Source: an uncultured virus (IMG/VR IMGVR_UViG_3300024432_002033) (taxonomy: Duplodnaviria > Heunggongvirae > Uroviricota > Caudoviricetes). Taken from it: a DNA stretch of 20,000 nt. Both the position numbers and the translations under genes were made by a program. The notes beneath the pieces are model-generated. The model saw nothing but the letters and a program-made list of their open reading frames with translations, was not told where the DNA came from and did not search any database. Positions 15,891 through 20,000 of the stretch are shown here, piece after piece. The stretch is from IMG/VR virus record IMGVR_UViG_3300024432_002033; one strand, given 5' to 3'. The first letter of the stretch is position 1. The number at the start of each line of letters is the position of its first letter.

Positions 15891-17063
15891 TCATGGATGA
15901 TTGGATTCTCTAGAGTCTCCATGCGCGCGAAATACAGATAAACGCGGGGGCGCGTCGCGTATGAAGTCAATTGAGTGTTGAGCGATGAGATCAGTGTAGA
16001 ACTGAACAAGTCGGTAGATGTTGTTCTCAATCGTAAATTCATATCTTTTCCTGAGTACAATTTCTTTTAATTCATTACTTTCACTAAGTTGTTCCTTCAT
16101 ATCGTCAAAGCTGTTGATGACAAGACCGACTTTATGTTCCTCGACGAACTCGCTGAGGGTCTTGTGGGGAAGAGTCAAGACTGGAAGACCGCATGCGATA
16201 TATTCAATAGCCTTGTTGGGCAGGGCAACATCGAGATGCTCTTTATTCATCACATCGTTGAAGCCAGCCCACCCAAAATCATATTTATGTAACTCATTGT
16301 GCATCAGTGCCTTCTGGGGGAAATGTCCGTGATAATGGACAAGGTCCTCCCCCTCAGCCAGTAAAGAATACGCCTCATCTTCTCTCGCTGCGTATATATG
16401 AATGTGGAAACCCTGCTCCGCTATTTCCCTGAATATCCCTCTAAGGTCATAATGATGTCCCTCTATCTGACTAGTGATCGTACCAGCATACACGATATGT
16501 ATCTCCCCATCCTTATCCGAAAATTTATCGGTCAAATACCGGGGCATCATGTCTTCGGAGACATAGTTGCGAAAGACTAGATCGGACTCGTCGACGGTAT
16601 ACCGTTTCCTGATGTAGTCTCCAACCCCTTCGGTAACGTATAACCTACCGTCGCTCTCTTCATTCGCTATCTTCTCTTCATCAGCATATTCCTGTATTCT
16701 AGCCTCGTCATCGCCAGCATAGTAACCCATCTTCCGCATAGTCAGCGCATCATGGGTATCGTGGATGACCGGGATATCATCTACCGCGTTAATCGCTGAC
16801 ACCGTCAGAAAATCTGGAGCATTATGGCTGTGGATGATGTCAGGCTTGTATCTTTTAGCAAGCTCGGAGATGCTTTTCTGGGGATTGCTTAACTTAACAA
16901 ATTCGTCGAAAAACTCATCTCCGTAGCCATACAGCTCGGTCAACGTTCTATCCAGGTAGCCGAAGACGAGTGAAACATCTTCGCCCAGCGCCCCCTTCAA
17001 TCCCTTGGCAAGCTTCAACGCCCGGATACAGGGCTGAGGCTGGAGAAACAACAAACGCATCAC
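15891..17063 (-). CDS. GT-B glycosyltransferase (GT4-like)
   Basis: PDIIHSHNAPD, IHDTHD, IVYAGTI and the donor-binding motif LPNKAIEYIACGLPVL...VEEHKVG. Confidence 0.88.
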   Translation of the reverse strand: MMRLLFLQPQPCIRALKLAKGLKGALGEDVSLVFGYLDRTLTELYGYGDEFFDEFVKLSNPQKSISELAKRYKPDIIHSHNAPDFLTVSAINAVDDIPVIHDTHDALTMRKMGYYAGDDEARIQEYADEEKIANEESDGRLYVTEGVGDYIRKRYTVDESDLVFRNYVSEDMMPRYLTDKFSDKDGEIHIVYAGTITSQIEGHHYDLRGIFREIAEQGFHIHIYAAREDEAYSLLAEGEDLVHYHGHFPQKALMHNELHKYDFGWAGFNDVMNKEHLDVALPNKAIEYIACGLPVLTLPHKTLSEFVEEHKVGLVINSFDDMKEQLSESNELKEIVLRKRYEFTIENNIYRLVQFYTDLIAQHSIDFIRDAPPRLSVFRAHGDSRESNHP

Positions 17064-17185
17064 AGATCACATCCATTTTTCTATTCTATTCGCGCACATC
17101 AAGCCAGAATAGCATGAATCTCCATGACCGTTATCAGTGCGCGGATACATCAAATTGGATTAATGAAATATAAGAGTGATGCAGA

Positions 17186-17671
17186 TCACTGAACTGGCTC
17201 CTGCTTCTCGGATATGGCCTCTTTCTCCCTCTCTATCTGATCATTCTTCCTCTGCGCATCCCAGACCAATTCAAAGGTGGCATCCTTCCCGAAGAGCTCC
17301 TCACATTGCCGAAGGAAATTAGGATGAAACGCGATCTTATATGGACCCTTATGGTCCGGGCTCAAGGGAGGGTCGTGGACCGACCCACATCCCATGCATC
17401 CTAAACAGTTAATCCTAAACGGAAGAGGCCAACACACAGGATCATAATCATTCCAGTACTGGCCTGCCACGTCACTGAAAGTCAATCCTTCACGCTTGAG
17501 ATACGAGACCATATACCATCTCCTCGGGGGCACACGTGAACCGTAGGTGTAGTAGAAATCCCACCAGGGATCGAAGAGCCTACTCATCACTCGCCCCAAG
17601 GCTCTTCTGACATTATTAGGGAGACGAGGATTTCCAGTGCTCTTGTCCTTCATAGTTATTGCGTACATCAA
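17186..17671 (-). CDS. Hypothetical protein (161 aa, aromatic-rich, Cys/His cluster)
   Basis: ORF with a TTTTTTAAG box just upstream. Contains CWP...NCLGCMGCGSVH. Confidence 0.65.
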   Translation of the reverse strand: MMYAITMKDKSTGNPRLPNNVRRALGRVMSRLFDPWWDFYYTYGSRVPPRRWYMVSYLKREGLTFSDVAGQYWNDYDPVCWPLPFRINCLGCMGCGSVHDPPLSPDHKGPYKIAFHPNFLRQCEELFGKDATFELVWDAQRKNDQIEREKEAISEKQEPVQ

Positions 17672-17780
17672 GTTTCATAAAAGCTTAAAAAAGCATCTAC
17701 TGTGCTCATACTACACACGCCCGTAACCTCTGGGCATGTTGTGCACTAGTATTCAACTCATTTATTCGTTCAATTTTAAC

Positions 17781-18683
17781 GTACAGCGTACGCTGGGCCT
17801 CAAATCTTCAAAATATCTCCCGTACCGTCCGCTTTGTGCGGTTTGTTGGTTCCCGTACCACTCGTACCCGCCGTACATTCAGTAATTTTTAAATAATGTA
17901 GGCTCGTACCGTCGGCCGCCGACCAGGTTCGACCAGTTGGTTGACTACAAACCTGTCTGTAGACTGTTAACCTGTTCGTTGACCGACTGTTGACCGGTAA
18001 ACCGCTCTCGGCGAAGCCCTCGGGCACCTCGCGGCGCGCCCCGGTACGACGGAACGCGGTGCAGGAAGCCCCAGAAGCTTCATATATACCTAAACGTTAC
18101 TTTCAGGTTCATTTTTTTCGCCGGTACACGCGCAAGTCGGACCGTAGTGCCCAACATCGCGACTAAAAATCGGGATGCCTGATACTGATCCGGGGTACTG
18201 AGCTGGGGTACGGAGGCGGCGTACTGGTGTTGGGTATGGATCACCAATCCATAACTGAACTTGGTCGTTTGTGAGGTTAATCCGCCACGGCTGAACGAAT
18301 GTGAAGGGTCTGGCCTTGCTGCTTCACGGGTGTGCAGACTACGATAATCGGTGCAACACTATATAGACGACCGTAGATTGGTGCTCCGTACCCGAATTAA
18401 GTATCAGAGATACTTAGTTCAACTAGGGAGGTTGGCTATGTAGCCCGGAACTGCCCGGAATCGCCGCATCGCCTCGTTTCGGGGGCCTTTTCCACCCTGA
18501 ACCTAACACCAGGTACTCCGCTCCTTATCTCTCACCCTGATCTGGGTTACTGATCACCGCTCCTTATCCCCGCTACTCACGTTATGTGAGTGGCTAATCC
18601 GCTAATCCGTTAATCCGCCTTGAATCTGGGCGCGGGCGCGAGGGCCACGATCACCGCGATCTAAATTTTTGGGTGTAGTGTAC
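17781..18683. repeat. GTAC-rich non-coding region with short direct and inverted repeats (candidate origin or genome-end region)
   Basis: 15 GTAC sites counted by eye in ~900 bp. Degenerate GAC(C/T)..GTT repeats at 17921-18003, AT-rich patch at 17881-17900, tandem G(C/T)TAATCC at 18593-18616. Confidence 0.6.
18120..18495 (+). ncRNA. Candidate large structured RNA (family unassigned; boundaries approximate)
   Basis: Several 7-12 bp helices whose mismatches are G-U wobbles on the + strand, e.g. 18148-59/18225-36, 18263-73/18362-72 and 18394-18420. A perfect 10-bp helix pairs 18206-15 with 18384-93. TATA-like ATATATA at 18082-18088. Confidence 0.5.
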
Positions 18684-18938
18684 CGCGTCCGCGCGGGGAA
18701 TTTTCTAACCGCGTATTGGGGGGTTGGGGGTTGATCTAAGTGTTGGCCGTGTTGGTTTTATTGGGGTTTAGGAGCTGATCAGGAAATGGGGGGGGTTTCG
18801 ATCTACCTAGAAGAATCTGGGATAATTAGATCCAAAAAAAAAATTATTGGGGGTTGTCTATGTTCTGGCGAATCGTCTTTATCCACCATTTAAGCGCGGG
18901 CGCGAACATTACCGTTGCGGTTATTATTGGGAATAAGT

Positions 18939-20000
18939 TCATGCGTTTTTCACCTTCAGTTTACGCGTTCGCATTTCCTGTGTGTTGGCTACCGCGTCCT
19001 GTTTCAAGTTGTGGTTATATTCGATGACTGTGTTTATTCTGGGGGTTATGGGTTTCTGTGATCTAAGTGTGTTGGGGGTTACCGCTCGCGAGGTTACGAT
19101 TTTGTTTCTAAGTTTTTTCAAGTGGGGGGTTAGGCTGTTGATTAGTTTTTCATCCTTCAGTGACTTAACTAGGAGCGCGAACCATTTCTTAGATATGCGT
19201 TTTTCCGCGCGTGCTAATTGTTTGTAGTCGATTGAGATTTCAGTTTTTGCGTGTGTTCTTAGGGGTTGGTGTGTCTCAAAATCCGTGTTTATTTTATATC
19301 CCTGTTTAAGCTCTATTTCGTAAATAATGCTTTTTATGGGGGTTAATTGAACGATTTTGTTTAGCGGTAAAAGGATATCTAAGTATCTTACGCCTTTAGT
19401 TGTGAGATAAGGTATTTTTCGGGTTGGGTGTTTGCGCGCGCGGTTCGTCTTTATGTCCCGGATAACAGTCTTACGGGTTGCGTTATTTCTAAAGTAAAAT
19501 CTGTATGTGTACCCTTCAGCGACCTTGAACGTCTCATAATCGGGGGGGGTTGTATCTACCTCTTTAATTGTCCGTGTTATCAGTCTACCGCGATGTATGA
19601 TCTCTGATCTCCTCTTAGCGATTATCAGAGATTTTTCATAAGTTCTGATCTTAAAGTCGATGTCATAAGGAAATTTTAAAGGCTCTTCTAAGTTGGTGGA
19701 TAATTGTTTTTCCTGTTGCGCGGTTAAAATTTCGTTAAGTTCTATGTTCCGATTTGTAGCGTCTTTCAATGTTTCAGGGGTTGGGGTGTATGATTCGATA
19801 AACTCAAAATCTCTTATCCGTGTTGGGTGTTTCGTTTCGGGTTGCGTAAGAACTAAGTATTTTCTAGGTTTCGTCTCAGCGATCTTTTTTCCTTTTTTAT
19901 CGCGCGTAACCTTTTCGGAATAGAATATTTCACTATTCCACCGGGGGCGCGTTTCTCCTATCTTAACGGGTTTTAACCCGTGTTTCTGTTTCGTTCTCAT
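18939..20000 (-). CDS. Basic Lys/Arg/Thr-rich orphan protein (at least 353 aa; may extend beyond the window)
   Basis: Long open frame with ATG exactly at the window edge, no Cys, AT-rich codon usage distinct from the rest of the window, and no recognisable motif. Confidence 0.75.
   Translation of the reverse strand: MRTKQKHGLKPVKIGETRPRWNSEIFYSEKVTRDKKGKKIAETKPRKYLVLTQPETKHPTRIRDFEFIESYTPTPETLKDATNRNIELNEILTAQQEKQLSTNLEEPLKFPYDIDFKIRTYEKSLIIAKRRSEIIHRGRLITRTIKEVDTTPPDYETFKVAEGYTYRFYFRNNATRKTVIRDIKTNRARKHPTRKIPYLTTKGVRYLDILLPLNKIVQLTPIKSIIYEIELKQGYKINTDFETHQPLRTHAKTEISIDYKQLARAEKRISKKWFALLVKSLKDEKLINSLTPHLKKLRNKIVTSRAVTPNTLRSQKPITPRINTVIEYNHNLKQDAVANTQEMRTRKLKVKNA

Noticed and set aside
471..16580. 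Numerous antisense or overlapping ORFs (e.g. 505-963, 2718-3170, 4562-5014, 5979-6356, 11470-12069, 12571-12927, 13527-13943, 16018-16332)
   Set aside because: They lie opposite or inside genes with clear family motifs and show no motifs of their own, so they were treated as shadow ORFs.
17800..18027. 75-aa minus-strand ORF
   Set aside because: Its G/T/S-rich sequence simply mirrors the GTAC and GAC repeats. There is no convincing RBS or protein-like pattern, so it was treated as non-coding.
18200..18450. Formal call as a group I intron, RNase P RNA or SRP RNA
   Set aside because: The putative P7 would have an A-A mismatch, too little room remains for P3'/P8 between the R- and S-like motifs, and no interrupted host gene is evident. 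RNase P (GAGGAAAGUCC) and SRP helix-8 signatures are absent.

Overview
This window looks like part of a tailed (Caudoviricetes-type) virus or provirus genome, most likely archaeal. That host inference rests on TATA-box promoters about 20-35 nt upstream of nearly leaderless starts, GGAGG/GGTGA-type RBSs and frequent TTG/GTG starts. Left to right: (1) a minus-strand packaging module with a truncated head-associated ORF missed by the ORF track, a DUF935/Mu-gp29-like portal carrying an extra C-terminal ASCH/PUA-like domain, and a terminase large subunit; (2) small ORFs, including two holin-like membrane proteins; (3) a plus-strand block with an RHH-like regulator, a ParB-family protein and hypotheticals; (4) a ~9.3 kb, ten-gene glycan biosynthesis and decoration module (three SAM methyltransferases, Zn-dependent dehydrogenase, PglD/NeuD-type acetyltransferase, DegT aminotransferase, RGP/GT75-like protein, GDP-mannose 3,5-epimerase, GT10, GT4); (5) a ~1.25 kb non-coding region with a GTAC cluster, iteron-like repeats, a candidate pseudoknotted RNA and a compositional switch; (6) a very basic orphan ORF. 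The most notable signal is a ~90-100 bp element present three times (one copy inverted). In each copy, two GTTCG-N6-CGAAC palindromes 42-43 bp apart bracket a TATA box. It links the packaging-side genes to the glycan genes. All family assignments come from motif recognition by eye; no searches were run.
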